From: Euprymna scolopes
Lineage: Eukaryota
Reading direction: 5' to 3' (one strand)
Length of the DNA: 64,000 nt
Assembly (NCBI GenBank): GCA_053919585.1
Contig: CM132796.1
In this document: piece after piece, positions 62,370-64,000 of the stretch
Layout of the letters: each line of letters starts with the position of its first letter
Position numbering within the stretch: position 1 is the stretch's first letter
Program-made: the position numbers and the translations under genes
Notes under the pieces: generated by a model
Database searches by the model: none
What the model saw: the letters and a program-made list of their open reading frames with translations, nothing else
What the model was told of the DNA's origin: nothing

Positions 62370-63029
62370 TCCATATATCTATAAAAGTGTGTATTTGTGT
62401 GTCTGTTTATGTGTCTGTGTAATTTCCCTACGCAATAATTCTGTCAATTTTTAGTCAATTTGAAACTCAAAACAATAAATGTTAAGGAGTCATAATAGGG
62501 GTCAAAGTTTACAAAATTGATAGTTTTTTTTTTGTTTTTTGCTCAGCATACACCTCCAAACACCCGGGCAACGCTGGACACCCATGCTAGTATATCTATA
62601 AAAGTGAACGTGTCTATGTGTGTATTTGTGTGTCTGTGTGTGTGCCTGTGTACATTTCCCTACGCAATAAGTCTGTCAATTTTCAGTCTACAGACTTGAA
62701 ATTTGATGTACAGGGTATTGAGATTTAGGAAAATCTTTGTAATCCATTTTCGGCTAGAAATTTGGCTGTTAAGGGGTTTAAGTTCAACGATTTGACCTTT
62801 GAGAACTCTACCAAACTCCTCCGACAATTTTGGGTCTAAACACTTGAAATTTTAGATATAGGTTCCTTGGACATGGATCTAACTTACTAACTCAATTTGA
62901 GCCCCAAACAATAAATGTTAAGGGATCATAATATGGGTCAAAGTTTTTAAAAATTGACCGCTTTTTTTTTTTTTTTTTTACTCAACATACACCTTCAAAC
63001 ACCCGGGCAACGCCGAGCTGAAATGCTAG
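62370..63029 (+). mobile_element. Head-to-tail dimer of non-autonomous Helitron-like elements
   Basis: Units 62370-62590 (internally deleted) and 62591-63029; each starts atatctataaaagtg and ends acccgggcaacgc...atgCTAG|T. Confidence 0.75.
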
Positions 63030-64000
63030 TAAAATATATTTTACATTTTTGGAAACACAATATATTTTAGGGAATAAGTATATCTGATCTTACAAGATCC
63101 GAAACACTGTATCAGTGAAAAAATACATAGTATATTTATAAGAGGATATACATTTTCCTTCTTGTTGGTTTGATTCACACTTTCTCGCTGCTCCTTTGTC
63201 TTCTGACTTTCCCGTAAGCAAATAGCACAACCCTTATTTACTTATTGCTCTACGAGCGTAAAATACAGTCTTTGCACACATCGATGGTAGCGTTTGCACT
63301 TTTTCACTTCCGCTTTTTTATTCCTTTCTCTTTTTTATCAGCTTGGCCGCACGCGCACACCCGCGCGAGCNNNNNNNNNNNNNNNNNNNNNNNNNNNNNN
63401 NNNNNNNNNNNNNNNNNNNNNNNNNNNNNNNNNNNNNNNNNNNNNNNNNNNNNNNNNNNNNNNNNNNNNNNNNNNNNNNNNNNNNNNNNNNNNNNNNNNN
63501 NNNNNNNNNNTTCAACTCCCTGAAAATGGCGGCTTGGCTAGAAAAGCACCGTGAGCGTTTCGGAATATATCAGTGTGAATAATGATTTAAATTCCACAAG
63601 ACTTGCCATTGCATTTTACAATGTAATTGCATAAAGATCAATTGAAGTATAAAACAAAGTAATTGTTTTCCTTAAGGCAATAATCTGGATTAATTATTTC
63701 ATAAAATTCGTTTGTCGTTTAAATTTTAGAAGGATTACAAGAAAACAAATTTTAAATTGAGTTAAGTACACTTTATGGACAATTTGGTAATGGAAAACGT
63801 AAATATAATTGTCTTCAATTTCATAAGAGAACAAATAATGTTACTATATTTTTGGTACAATGTTAGGTATGGTCACAAAAATGTAAGGGATTATATTATT
63901 AGCAAGGCATGATAAGAACTAACCAATTAGGTACTAGAAATACTGTATAAAATATACTCTTTGAATTTTTCAATCATAGCTTTTCATTTTGACATGAGAA

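Overview
This is AT-rich animal genomic DNA with many microsatellites and several assembly gaps. The repeat landscape resembles what I recall of coleoid cephalopod (octopus-like) genomes; that is an inference, not a database match. One host gene is supported: the 3' end of a giant I-set Ig-domain muscle protein on the minus strand, most like the C-terminus of twitchin/projectin (unc-22/bent). It has five frame-consistent coding exons (61316-61469, 53897-54013, 51910-52107, 42527-42640, 41322-41563) and a probable terminal exon that begins with the TGA stop at 36934. The rest is mostly nested transposon debris: Ty3/Gypsy elements and solo LTRs, CR1/L2-type and RTE LINEs, mariner, Tc1 and maT DNA transposons, MITEs, Helitron/Helentron-like non-autonomous elements, and tRNA- and 5S-derived SINEs. 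The most interesting signal is non-coding. About a dozen minimal type I hammerhead ribozyme motifs or decayed remnants occur, several with palindromic stem III. At least three unrelated repeat families place one directly downstream of a tRNA-derived Pol III promoter (intact example at 60152-60281, minus). A separate near-perfect 90-bp fold-back carries one hammerhead on each strand (27105-27309). These look like Penelope-dependent, ribozyme-terminated SINE/retrozyme-like elements, often next to (TA)n tracts. Also notable are a five-fold tandem duplication of a real 5' splice site in the twitchin-like gene and a young IR/DR Tc1 whose transposase has lost most of its DNA-binding domain in frame.
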